Positions 21,124 to 33,741 of a DNA stretch of 64,000 nt are shown piece by piece. The position numbers and the translations under genes were made by a program. The DNA is from Gnetum montanum. Lineage: Eukaryota; Plantae; Gnetophyta. Location: the NCBI GenBank assembly GCA_015680685.1, contig MNCI01001040.1, positions 307,492 through 371,491 on the forward strand, written 5' to 3'. The notes beneath the pieces were generated by a model. It made no database searches. It was not told the DNA's origin and saw only the letters and a program-made list of their open reading frames with translations. Every line of letters starts with the position of its first letter. The first letter of the stretch is position 1.

Positions 21124-24100
21124 GATGTTTTGGCAAGATTATAGAATGAATGCATACGAGCATCTTCATTCACCTTTGGCCTTGACTAGACCTTATGGTA
21201 ATTCCATGAGATGCATAAATATTGAGCTCATAGAATTTGAACCTATGACTTATGACATAAACATAGCATCCCTAGAGATATCTCTACATTGGCCAAATCA
21301 TCTAGTTAGAGCTCTAAACCTAGAGGTAGGTGACTAAGGATCATCTCATAGAAGTCCTTGTAGCAACAAGTAAAGGCGAGGTGAAGACATTCAAGCTTAG
21401 TTTCTTGTTAGAGCCTCAAATCAAATAGAGCATCTCAAAAATTCTCAACGATAACATTAAGGCATTCACATGGTCCTACAAGGCATGCCAAGCTTGGACC
21501 CTCACATAATACAACAGAACATTATCCTTGATCCTCACATAAAACAAATCAAATAAAAGGCTCGTAAGGTGAAACTTGAGGTGGTGTTGGTAGTTCGTGA
21601 TGAAATCACTAAACTTTACAAACCTAGTTTCATTTGAGTAGTTGATTATACTGATTAGGTTTCAAACACCATAGTTGTCCCTAAGAAAAATGGAAGTATA
21701 TGCATTTGTATAGACTTCCTAGATCCAAACAAGATGACCATCAAAGATAACTTCCCATTACCTAGTATTGACCAACTCATCGATACTACAGTTAGTCATG
21801 CCTTGTTGTCCTTTATGGATGGGTTCTTAGGGTACAACCAAATCTAGATCAACCTAGAGCACTAGCTCAACACCACCTTCATGAGTCCTTGGGGTACATT
21901 TTGCTACACTATGATGCCCTTTAAACTGAATGTAGGAGCAACCTACCAACGTGCAATGACATATATCTTTAGTGATTATCTATTAGACTTGCTTAATAAC
22001 TATGTTGATGATAAAGCAATTAAGTGAAAAGTTGCTCATGACCATGTATATGACTTGGACTACATCCTCAAACATTTCCTTAAACATGATCTTAGATTAA
22101 ATCCCAAGAAGTGTGTCTTCGGCGTTAAGACTGGTCGCATGCTAAGCTTTGTAGTTCTAGAAGTAGGTATACATGTAGACCCTGATAAGGTTAAGGGTAT
22201 CACTAACTTAGCACCACTAACAAACCTTAAGGAGCTATGTAGGTTATAAGATAGATTACAATTCATATGTAGGTTTATCATTAAGTTGACTAATAAGTTG
22301 TAGCCAATGCAACATTTTTTAAAAAAGGGGATCCACTTTGAGTGGATAGCTCAATGCCAAGAGGCATTTGACATCCTCAAAAAGGAGCTAGCTCAACTTC
22401 CAATAGTTTACCTTTTGCAAGGAGATAAACCATTATACATTTACCTTGCAACCTCAAACATGTCCATTGCTTCTTTGCTTTTCCAAAAGTGAGATGATGG
22501 CTTAGAAGTCCCTATTTACTACTTGAGCTATGCACTAGTGGCCCACAAGGCAAAATACAATGATGTAAAGAAGAACTATCTCACCTTAGTCTTCAAACTT
22601 AAGAAATGGAGACATTATCTCTTCCACGGTTAGGTTAACATTATCTACAAAAGCAACATACTTCGGGTGATTACTACAAACATATATGAAAGTAGTCGAA
22701 TCGCACGATGGAAGGCAATAACCACAAAGTTTGACCTACACTACATAGGACAAGCATCCACAGAGGGTTAAGCAATAGCCAAATAACTCATGGCTTCACC
22801 CATAAATGATCAAGCAATAATAGATCCCAAATTTTTGGATGAGCATGTCAATAGCATAAGCCAAGTGCCTATAAACTTCAAGGTAGTTTTACACTTTGAT
22901 GGTGCTTCAACCACACAATGTGGTAGTGTTGCTTTTGTTATCACATTTCCCTCCAGGGAGATCCAACCCTTCATGTATCATTTTGCATTTCCTTGCATAA
23001 ACAACATGGTAGAGTACGAAGGTCTCCTTAGAGGTGTCTTTGTAGCTCATAATTTAGGAATCCAAAACATAGCAATCCAAGGTGATTTGTAGCTTGTTGT
23101 CAACCAAGTCATAGAGGTTTATGCTTGCAAAGCATAACATTTACAACCATACTATGATTTGGTGAAACACTTACTCAAAAAATTTGCAACTGTAGACATC
23201 CAACACATTCCCCATACTGAAAATGTCGTTGTTGATGCATTAGCCACTTTAGCCTTAAGCATAGCACCTAACATGTTATTTGCCTTGCCTACTTCAATAG
23301 TGGATTGCGCCAAACCTATCACACAAACAACAAGCATTGCATCCATAGATATGACAAGCATAGCTCATGCCCAAGAGTGGTATGATGATATTAAGATGTA
23401 TTTCCAATAAGATGAGCCTCTGCAAAATCTAACTTCTGCTCAAAAAGGCATTGTGAAAAAATGATCATAGTAGTACTTCCTAGTAGGTGATGATGCCTTG
23501 TGTCATAGATCCTATGCTGGAATACTGTTAGCTTGCATTAGTGGTAGTGAAGCACAAACGATCGTCAATCAAGTCCATGAGGAACTATGCGGAGGCCACA
23601 TAGCACCTAGGGTAATGGTACCAAAAATCAGATGCTTAGGCTACTATTGGTCTTACATGGAATGTGACTACATTTATAAGGTCAAAACATGTGATGTGTG
23701 TTAGCGACATGGTAACCTAATGCATGTGTCATCTTCTGAACTACATACTACGTAGATCACATGGCCATTCCAACATTGGGGATTGGATATCATAGGACCT
23801 ATAATGCCTAAGTCTTATGTAGGAAATAGCTTCATTATAACCACAACCAAATACTTTACCAAGTGGGTTGAAGTTGTTCCCCTTAGGAAGACAACATCAT
23901 AACAGGTTTACAAATTTATTTTAGACAACATAGTAACTTGATTTGGTTTACCGATGACTATAGTCACAGACAACGGGCCATAATTTAGTAGTGTAAAACT
24001 AAATCCTTCTATGAACACCTTGGCATCAAACATTCCTTTTCATCACCATACTATCCATAGGAAAATGGCTAAGTAGAGGCTACAAACAAAGTCATCATCA

Positions 24101-24617
24101 AGCTTTTGAAGAGGATGCTTAGCAATAGCAAGTGACAATGGCATGAACAACTAGTGTACACATTATGGGCCTACCATACGACATGTAGAACAACAATAGG
24201 TAAAATGCCATATAGTTCATATATGGATTTGAAGCAATGTTACTTGTTAAACTGCAGGTCCCATCACTCTGTATGATCCTCTCGAGCTTCATTGATGAGG
24301 TTCATAATAATGAGTTTAGAACCATTGACCTCAACTCTATAGAGGAGGAGGGCATGTAAACACTTGATCACATTGAGTCGTACTAGGAAAAACAATGGCA
24401 AAAGCACCATCACAATTAGCATCAACACCCGATCAAGAAAGGAGACCTTATCCTCAAGGTCGTTCATGAGCCTATGGATAAATTCTTAGCTAATTGGGAA
24501 AATCCCTTCTTGGTTATAAATTCCTATGATAATGGAGCATTCAAGTTTGCTAATCTAGATGATAATGAGTTTTCCTTTCCAATTAACCACTCATACTTGA
24601 AGCCATACTACACTTAG
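21124..24617 (+). pseudogene. pol: Decayed pol of element B (RT, RNase H, archaeal-type RNase H, integrase)
   Basis: VVPKKNG..CIDF; SFMDGF.GYNQI; YVDD at 22001; NPKKCVFGV; aRH HFDGAS...NNMVEYEGL...IQGD; INT HEELCGGH...C..C, WGLDIIG, TDNGP. Confidence 0.95.
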
Positions 24618-24662
24618 TACACAGTGCTGTGACAACGACAAAGAAAGATAAGTGAACATTCA

Positions 24663-24935
24663 TTATGATGTTAAACTGGCACAGAACATCCACTATGATG
24701 TTAAACTGGCATAAAATGTCCTTGGGTTATGACATTAAACTGGCACCCACAGCATGGTATGCTATGACCTTAAATTGGTAATCCACCATTTGCTATGATG
24801 ATAAACTAGCACAGTGGTCTACTAGGATCTTAAACTAGCACATCACAATCTGCCCAGACCTTAAACTGGGTTCATGGTCTACTAGGACCTTAAACTAGCA
24901 TAACATGTAGTCTACCAAGATCTAAAACTAGGTTC
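24663..24935 (+). repeat. 3' UTR array of B: about 9 copies of a ~19 bp motif (CTAYGAYNTTAAACTRGCA) with 10-16 bp variable spacers
   Basis: Read directly. Equivalent arrays at 37352-37605 (D) and 45795-45990 (E, minus). Confidence 0.85.
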
Positions 24936-26465
24936 ACATATCAACATTCATAGTTCAACACACATAGTTCTATGAACAAGAGAATGTAAATACTTCTAAC
25001 CATCTATCGCCTACTCACACCTCTTAGGCAAGGTGGGGTTGAGTGTTGCAGTTCTAGAATGAAGTTCATGTCATCAAGGAAAAACCCTCTAGAAAATTTG
25101 TAGTGTCATTATCCTTAGCATCTTGTTGATCTTTTAGAGATGCCTTTAGGCATCTTGCTTACCTTTTAGAGTTGCCACCACCATCGTCAGTCATTTTGGT
25201 CAGAGTTGTCACCATCAACATCACTTGCTTGAGAACCAAAGGTACTATGGCCCAACCATAGCACTACCATCCTCCATCCCTCACCATTACCTAAGCTTAG
25301 AAGATCATCCAGTAGTGTGATTCTCCATCATGCTACTAGGTTTACTAGCTCCTGTCCTTGGTGAGGACTCCCGAGCACTTGCATCACCAACTTATTTAGC
25401 CACTTGAGTGCTCACTTCTAGTGTGGCTGTTGTAGGTTTTGCACCTACACTGGCCTTCTTGCTTTGGATACTACGTGTACCTATAATTGACATAGCACTC
25501 ATGACCCTTACAATGCCCTTGCAGATAGGACTTTTCCTTCATCTCACATGGTATGGTTTTTTTTCTTGTTTTCTCTATGTTGCATTTGCAAAATGAAGCC
25601 TCAGTGGCATTGCTCAAGGAGGGGTTTCATTATGGTGATAGGTCACCACACTACTCCAATGTGTCTACTTTTGACTCACCATGCTACTTAAAAGTGCACA
25701 TCCTCATTATCCCAATATAGCTTGCTCGCATTTACCTCTTGACCTTACATCTTCTTGCATTCCCTATAAGCTTTTTTGATGCACATAGCATACTTCTTTC
25801 AATCAACTGTAGGATCCATGGTGAATGTAATGCAAAATGTCTCATGATGGACCTTTGTGGGTTGGTCAAAGCTCCAAGTGGATGTAACAGAACTCATCTC
25901 GGGGAGGAAACACCTATCCTACAGATGCGACATGGTTGCTTTTAAGCAAATTTTGTTTAATGGTGCGTAGTCCACCTAGCAACAAAAAATTCTAAAAAAA
26001 AATGAGACTAAATGAAAAAAGAAACAAGAGAGGAAAAAGAAAATAGAAAGACAAAAGAAAAATAAAACCAAGAGCAAAAGAAAAATGGGATGAAACAAGT
26101 GTCCAAGTAAAAATAGCAAAGTTGCCATTTTGCAATTGGTCCAACCCTAGATTGACCATCTCACAAGCATTATGATGAGAGGTCAAAATCCCAAGGGTAG
26201 GCCATCTCCGCATGCTAACTCCCTCAAAAGCACTTTGAAAAGGGATCATGCTTTGGCACCAAGCCATTATAATGCTGCATCCTACAACCACATATACAAT
26301 GAACATCCTTCCCACTTGTTATCCCTTGATCCATCTCCCTAACCTATTTCCTGCCACATCTTATTCCCTTAGCACTCTCAAGCATAGCAAAGCATTGTCT
26401 AATTGGGCACTGATAAGCAATGTTGGTGTTTGTCAACGTCTCTTAGGCCAATCCTCCAAATGTCA

Positions 26466-26480
26466 ACAAAGAGTGGACAA
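26466..26480 (+). other. Polypurine tract of B
   Basis: ACAAAGAGTGGACAA directly before the 3' LTR. D and E have ACAAAGAGGGTCCAA and ACAAAGAGGGGTCAA. Confidence 0.75.
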
Positions 26481-28408
26481 TGAAACACCACCAATTTCGG
26501 GCTACTAAAAATTCAACAACAAATTTGTATAAGTGTCAAAACTTGGTAAATCTTTTCTAAGTGTTTGTGCTATTCTCTCTAGTGTAGCCAACGTAGCACA
26601 CATCAAGGCCTATTTGGAAAAATATTTCTAAGTGTCAATAGAAGTTGCATGAAAATTTTTCTAAGTGTCCAACTACGCTCTGAATCTACCTACTATGCTC
26701 CCCAGTGTAGCTAGCATAGCATACTTTTCCATGACTAGTTTGTCCAAAGTGCCAAGCCAGTAGTGATCAAGGTTTCTTGGGATGAACAAAATAGTTCAGA
26801 AAATTTTCTATCTCCTAGGTTTTCATGCTTGCTACGGTCCCCAATGTAGCCAGGGTAGCACATGATCCAGTGGATAGTTTCCCCAAGTACCAAGCTAGAG
26901 TTTGTCAGTATTGCTTGGGATGCATAAAATAGTTTGGCAAATTTTCTATCTCTTAGATTACTACACTCCCCAACATAGCCAACGTAGCACAAGTTTTAGT
27001 TCCTAGTTTTTCCTAAGTGTTGGATGAGGATCTGTTAAGCTAGTTTGACATGAAAGACACATTTGGCACATTTTCTAACTTCCGAGGCTACCTTTCTTTC
27101 TTTGCCCCAGAGCATAGCCAGTGTACCATGAAGGAAGACTACAAATTTTGTCAAAATTTGGCTAAGTATCCCTATTACAATATGCTATGCTCCCTAGTTT
27201 AGCCAGCATGACCAATGTTAAACATCAAAATTTTGCAAATTTTCACTAAGTGTTGTGTTATGCTCTAGAGCGTAGACAACTTGACACTAGAGAAAAGCCT
27301 TCGGCAGCCTTCAAAAGCCTCTAGAACTTGGCATAGACCTTCATCTCAAACCTGATGTTCTTTTAGTTACCAAGATCCTCAATTTTCATCCCATTTTGCA
27401 CCTCCATTGGTCCTCAAAATTGTTCCTATGCTTGACCCTACTCAAAAGAGGGGAAGACGTAGTCTCGGAGTGTAGCCTCCAAGTTGCATTGTTTTTGCAT
27501 TATTTGTAGGTACATTGTGGTCTTTTCAAACTTTGGCACATGTAGTTCAGGAGGTGTATTCATAGTTCAGTAGTCTCTAAAGACCCATTGCTATTCTTTA
27601 GAGCATAACACTTTGGTACTCTCATGAGAGCATAAAATGTTACCGTAACCCCATCTATGCTCATGACATGTGGCACCCATGCCATGTGGTGCTCGACCCA
27701 CATTTCACGCTAAACCTAGCCTTATAAATACCTTGACATTCAGAACTCTAGGGGTTGACAAATCAAAAGAGCATTGGACATTTTAACATTTTGAGCATCC
27801 TTTGCACTCTTGCACTTGAGCACCTAAGCTTTGCACCTTGACACCTTCCAAAACGTAGTCCACCATTGCACCTATAGAACACAATAATAGCCAACCTAGC
27901 AGGTTTAGTTCCCATATTAGCCATTAGCTCCATATCCCAAGCATCCCAGATACTATGACTACACTACTACATTGCCATTGTGCCTAACTATACACCACGT
28001 ACCATTCTCACCTCTCTTCCTACAATAGCTATGCTTCCCTTTTTGGGGTGGTGCATTTTTCATTCTCAAGATTTATTCCATTTTTCTAATCATTTTTCTT
28101 TGATATTCAGCATAGATCTTATGTTTTTTCTACTATTTGATATGTATTTGCACACTCACATCACTGTTCTTAGGTTGGGATGCCCCGCTATACTCTGGCT
28201 TAGTCAGTCCAGGAGTTCACACATAATGTAGTATAAACCCTTTCTACACATAGTCATTTTAACACCACATAAGTCCCTATTTGATCAAGTAGAACATTTA
28301 GGACACCTTGTTTCTACTTTCTAGCATAGCCCTCCCACAGATTCAAGGTTAGGTAATATGCTTACCAACCTCTCGGTGTTTTAGCCACCAATGTTTTTGG
28401 TCATCACA
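26481..28408 (+). repeat. 3' LTR of element B
   Basis: TGAAACACC...CATCACA followed by TSD TCTAA. Confidence 0.95.
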
Positions 28409-29125
28409 TCTAACATCATTTCTTGGGACCCGATATCATGTATCTGATATTAGAGCCTCATTATCAAGTATCTGGTATCAAGGTTGACATAATGATGACT
28501 CATTACTAGCTATATTTATGGTTCCATTTGATTGATCCCTTTGCCAAAATCTTGGTAGTTTTTTCTTGTATAACTTAGAAATATTTTTTCTATAAGTACC
28601 TACAATATGGATTGAATTGATTATATGGAATTTTATTTGAGTGTAATATGTATCTAGACAAAGTTTCATGAGTGGTAATAAAATTAAGATTTCTTTTATC
28701 CATTCTAGCACTTAGATTAGTTTAAGTCTATTTTTTTGTATTTTACTTGAAATTTAGTTTACTTTATTGTTCTTAAGCATTTAATATGTTAATTCATAAG
28801 TAACATGAGTACGACCACTTCTATCATAACATACTAACACTTGATAATCACAATAGTGAATACTTGGTACACCCAACAATAAACACTTGGTAACCCAATA
28901 GTGTTAGTACATGTTTAGGATGTGTATAGAAAGTGGGAATGGATACTCCACATTTAGGATAGTTTAATTAATTAAGTAGCAAAATTAAATACAAAATCCT
29001 TTATTTAATCACTTTATAGATAAGTAAAATAACAAAATTTATAAATATAAATATCTTGCATCTAAATCACGCTTAGCTATATGAACCAATTTAACACAAG
29101 TGATGGTTGGAAAGACAATGACTAG

Positions 29126-29972
29126 TGTTGAGTCATAGTTGATTGAACTGCATCGACACAATTCCATTGATGCATGGTTTAATGTGTCAATGCATATGCA
29201 TTAACATAGTTTCTAGTCTTACCCATATAAATGTGTGCAGCTACCACATTTATGAAATTCATTCATTCATAGGTTAGCCAAACTTTTGTAGTTTTTTTAT
29301 TTGAGAGTTAGAATATTTTCTAAGTGCCTACAATAGGTGTTGAGATGTGTATGGATCCTTATTTGAGCACTGATGTACTTGGATACTTCAGTGTAAATGA
29401 CAATAAAGATAAGCTTTTTGATAAACTTTGTCTCTTTAATGCACTTTACTATTATGAAATTTACATAATATCTCTTTAATGCACTTTACTATCATGAAAT
29501 TTATTTTATTGGATTTAATTAATCAATTAATAAAAAAAGTAATTAACGCACATAAGTACGACCATCTCGAGCATACATTAATGCTTGGAAATCATAGTAA
29601 CACTTACACTTGGTAACATAGTAGTGTTGTAATGTGTTTAGGATGTGTAATGTAAATGGAAACAAATACCTATGGTAGGATTAGTTAGGCATTAATTAGT
29701 TCTTATATTAATTAAAAATTTAATCACTTTATTTTCTACATAGGTGAATTAAATGAAAAACATAAAAATTATATAAATCATATGCCTCAGTTATAGTTAA
29801 TCATATCCTTTAACCTCACAAGTGGAACTGGGAAGACAACTATTACATCCTTGAAATTCACTACCTAGATCAAGTGTAATTAGAGAGTTAAGGTCTATAG
29901 AATTTTATTAGATCACTTAGTGAACATTAGTGATTTATATTGTTGGGCATAGGGACTACCTGCTACTCATCA
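29126..29972 (+). repeat. 5' LTR of element C
   Basis: TGTTGAGTC...CTACTCATCA, colinear with 58595-59464. Confidence 0.93.
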
Positions 29973-29973
29973 T

Positions 29974-29991
29974 TGGTGCCATTGCTAAGGA
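29974..29991 (+). other. Primer-binding site of C (tRNA-Asp type)
   Basis: TGGTGCCATTGCTAAGGA differs from TGGCGCCGTTGCCGGGGA only by transitions. Confidence 0.8.
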
Positions 29992-30120
29992 CTTTAGTTA
30001 GCTACATGCACTATTTAAGAGTTAGTGAAATTATTTGACAATGTTGTAACAAACCTTAAAGTCGAAATCATTAATAAAAATAATAATAACAAAAGCAAAC
30101 TATGTTTCTTCAAAACTAAT

Positions 30121-31633
30121 ATGGCTTCTTGTTTCATGGAAGAATCTCTACTGCTATTCAAGCATACTTCCAATCAAGGGCAAGAAGGCTTGAAACCACC
30201 CATGAGCCAACAATGAAAACTAATCTATGCTTATCTAGACAAGTATGTTCTAGATTTCACCTTCATCTTGCACTAGGATGAACAATTGTGATGGAGGGAC
30301 ATGGTGGACAACATCATGTTTTTGCCTAATTGATCAATTCCTACAATGTTGCTCCATAATCTCATAAGATTTGGCATCTAGAGGCTCAATTATAAGTATG
30401 TAGTGCAAGCCCAACACTACAAGATTATCATCCCATAGATGCAAAATGGAGGAATGATTAGGAGATGGATACACACTACAAAGTATTGAAGGAAAAATGA
30501 TTTGCAAACCCCTTATTCCTACGAGGCCAAAAGGAAGCATAAAATCCCTTCTCTGGGAGTTCTTAAAATACTAACTCTCCTCCCCTTCTCTTTGATGAAG
30601 GGGTCCTTAACCAAAATTTATAATCAATAGTAAACAACCTTGATTTGGGGAAGAACGAGTCTCATAACCATGGGGGCTCCAAAGGAGGGAGTAAAGGCAA
30701 GAACAATGATCGGCACCATAATAACAACAAACATGGTAATCGTGGTCAGGACCAAAGGAGAGGAAGTATCAAGCATAGTTCCGATGCTATTCCTCTTTCC
30801 TCTTCATCTTCTTCATCCTCTAGCTCTAACCAAAGCTATAGAGGAAGAGATCATGATGGAGGAGACTAATGGGATAGAGATGATCACAAACCTCACTTGA
30901 ATAGTAGAGACCAGGGGCATTGGCAATCAAGGGAGGCACACCATAGAGAGAAAAGGGATAATAGGGGGCATCATAGGTATCATGGCCATCATAGGGGCTA
31001 TGACTATGATGAGTCCTTTCTTACAACCAGAAACATGCTGAATATTGTGAAGGTTGTAAGGATTCCAACAAGGCATACGAAAGATAGCTAAATCAAATGG
31101 TTGAACATGAACAATATCCCTAAGTTTGAAGGAGGATATACTTCTAATACAAAAAATAATCTCATGCCTTTCATGATACATGTGCCTTATAGAATGTAGA
31201 AAACAAATGGAAAAAATTAAATTTGTTCCCTAGGACACTCATCAAGGAGGTTAAAAGCTAGTACTACTCCTTAGAGTTGAAATCAATCAAACATTAGAGT
31301 ATGATGTGTGAACTCTTCAATGATAAGTATTAAATGCACTCTTGAGTGTCCAACCTAAGAAAGAAAATATAAGGTTGGGAGCAAAGAATACATGAATCCT
31401 TAGATGCAACCTTGGAAAAATATTACTCATGGTTGCATAGATGCCTAGGCCATGGCTTTTCTCAAAGGGAGCAGCTACAACATATCATAGATGGGCTTAG
31501 GACAAAACCAAGGAGAACTCTTGGGATCTATGTCCAAGGGATCCTTTTAGAGCTAAAAGCCCATCAAATACAAAGGCTAATTAAGGAAGTGGCCAAAGAA
31601 AAAGATGAGCTAAGAAAAATTAAAAGTGCAGAG
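30121..31633 (+). pseudogene. gag: gag of element C, 5' part (interrupted by D)
   Basis: Homologous to A gag (LNMNNIPKF; YYSWLHRCLGHGF). His/Ser-rich low-complexity tract at 30645-31020. Confidence 0.75.
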
Positions 31634-33221
31634 TGAAACACCACAAAACTTTGGCCTAGCACTTTCAAACAAGGTTCAAGCTAAGTCATGAGGCTACCCA
31701 AGCATGAGTACAGCATGACCAAACTTGGAGGCCTCTGAAACAACCCCAGATGGTTCACGATTCAATAGGCAAGGTCCCCCTAGGGCCCATAGGCAGTTGC
31801 ATCAACTTCCAGCATTTAGAATCAAAAGTTTTGGGCTCAAAATGCTTGGTTTTGGCTAAGTACACTTTGGTTATATTCTCTTACGCTACATAGCGTAAGG
31901 ATCAGCGTCACCAACTTTTGGAGCCCCGAAATTGAGCCAAACTAGGCTAAAATCAGGCACAAGGACCCTCCATGACCTTCACCAAGGTCCCTAGTAGCTC
32001 CCAGCCTCTAGAAAATCAAGATTTGGGCCTCAAATATGCCATTTTGACTTGGCGATGCTAGGGTTATTTTTTAGACGCAGTACAGCGTAAGGCTCAGCGT
32101 CACTAACTAAAACAGGGCCAAAACAACATCCAAATCAGCCCAAATTTGGCACACAGAGCTCTCATGAACCATGGAATGCAGATCCACTCTGAAAATGGGT
32201 CTCACAGGTCAAAAAATGGTTCAAAATGCACTATTTTTAGGTCATATGCTGCTAGTCACGCTGACATGCTTCCAGCAGCGTAAGCCTAGCGTACACACTT
32301 TCATATGCTGGACGTTGGACACTAGATGCTAGAAGTTGATGCCAGGACACACTGCAAACATGCCAAAGCCAAAGACATGCATGCTAAAGGCCTTAGTAGA
32401 GCAAAAATAGCACAAATTTGTAGATTTGAAGGCCAGACATCCAGATCCATTCTTGTACTTTAACATTCTTTGTACATTTTGCATTTTTTAGTGTATAAAG
32501 CTCTTACGCTGTGCATTACACATGTCAACGTAAGAGATCTTGGTCATGCTGCACACTATACATTGTAACATTTTGTGCATCCGGTCAACGCACACACCTA
32601 TCACCCGATCCAAAGTTTTCTCACCCCGTAGCCACTGATCTTCTCCTAGATCTGAATCTTGCGTCTAAAATCCTATAAATCTCCTTTTTTTCCACTAGAT
32701 GGGGTTTCGAAAAATTTGAATCTGACACACTTAGGAGATCTAGGAATCAATCTCATATGTTGGGCTTCATACAGATTGGATGTTGTACACCTTCAATCCA
32801 AAACCTGCATCTTCCCAGCACCTGCTCTCATCCATTGGGGCTAAATGTCCACCTTGCGACCAAACCGCAACTGCGTTATGACCGGTGCACATTGTAATTG
32901 TTTATCAATACAAATAGTTTGCATTATTGTCCAAATTCTTATAGTTTACATTATTATTCTTGTTTACATTTTTTGCTATTTTCATCATTTATCATGTAAA
33001 AAGTTTACATTCATTTTCATTTTTTTACATATAACCCAACGTACTGCGATTGCGTACATTCGGGGAAGTCCTCGTTTGATCCGCATGCAAACCATTCAAG
33101 GCACTCTACCTTCGTTAATTTCCAGCTTGCCCTCAGGTGAAGGCAGGGTCTTACTATTTCATCCGTATATCTCTCGATGTCTGTTTATTCCAACCTCTCA
33201 CCAACGATTTTGAACGGTACA
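31634..33221 (+). repeat. 5' LTR of element D
   Basis: TGAAACACCAC...CGGTACA. Confidence 0.93.
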
Positions 33222-33389
33222 GTAAAATGACACTAGAAGGAGGGCACTTTCTCTATTAGATCCACCTCTTAGCATCCCAGATCTAGCATTCACACATTGT
33301 TGTCATGTTCTTTCTTGAATCACAGCATCCAACACTTAATTTTCTCATCCAGATGCCCCATCCAACATCTAGACACTATGCCTTAGCTT

Positions 33390-33690
33390 CAGATGCTGCA
33401 GTTTACTCATGTTGTAGCTGCTGACGCTGCAGTTGCTCACGCTATAGTTGAAATGTTGTTGTACGTTGTTCAACACTTAGCCATATTTTCTCTCTTCAAC
33501 ACACACTGTAGTTTACTCATGCTACAGTTTACTCATGCTGTAGTTTACTCAAGCTGCAGTTTTACACTTAAAATTTTTTTTCACACGGTGCAGTTCATAC
33601 ACTGTCAATTTTACACTTACAAAATTTTTTGCACACGCTGCACACTTAGTCTTAACCATATGCTGCACACGCTGCACACTTAGCTTGAAA
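33390..33690 (+). repeat. Short degenerate repeats (GCTGCAGTTTACTCAT-like) in the 5' UTR of D
   Basis: Repeated GCTGYAGTTTAC(T/A)C and ACGCTGCACAC units. Confidence 0.65.
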
Positions 33691-33741
33691 CACGCTTAGC
33701 ACTTGTTAGCCAATTCGTACGCTATCCCATCACACATCACA

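Larger units (their letters stand above)
9095..28408 (+). mobile_element. Element B: 19.3 kb Tat/Ogre-like Ty3/gypsy with gag-PR, a 6 kb spacer and RT-RH-aRH-INT
   Basis: TG...CA ends, TSD TCTAA at 9090-9094 and 28409-28413, LTRs of about 1.92 kb, PBS and PPT. A second archaeal-type RNase H between RH and INT is diagnostic of the Tat clade. Confidence 0.95.
394..28505 (-). mobile_element. Element A: Athila-like Ty3/gypsy, non-autonomous (gag + extra ORF, pol almost entirely deleted), about 8.8 kb excluding nested B
   Basis: TSD CTAGC at 389-393 and 28506-28510. Paired LTRs at 394-1223 and 8299-9094+28414-28505. Degenerate tRNA-Asp-type PBS; PPT at 1224-1230. Confidence 0.9.

Noticed and set aside
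24663-24935. CRISPR-like repeat-spacer appearance (also 37352-37605 and 45795-45990)
   Set aside because: The repeats are degenerate and ~19 bp, the spacers only 10-16 bp, there are no cas genes, and the context is a plant retrotransposon 3' UTR.
30640-31091. His/Ser/Gly-rich ORFs resembling a host glycine-rich protein
   Set aside because: This is a low-complexity part of the gag of C, with a counterpart in the gag of A.
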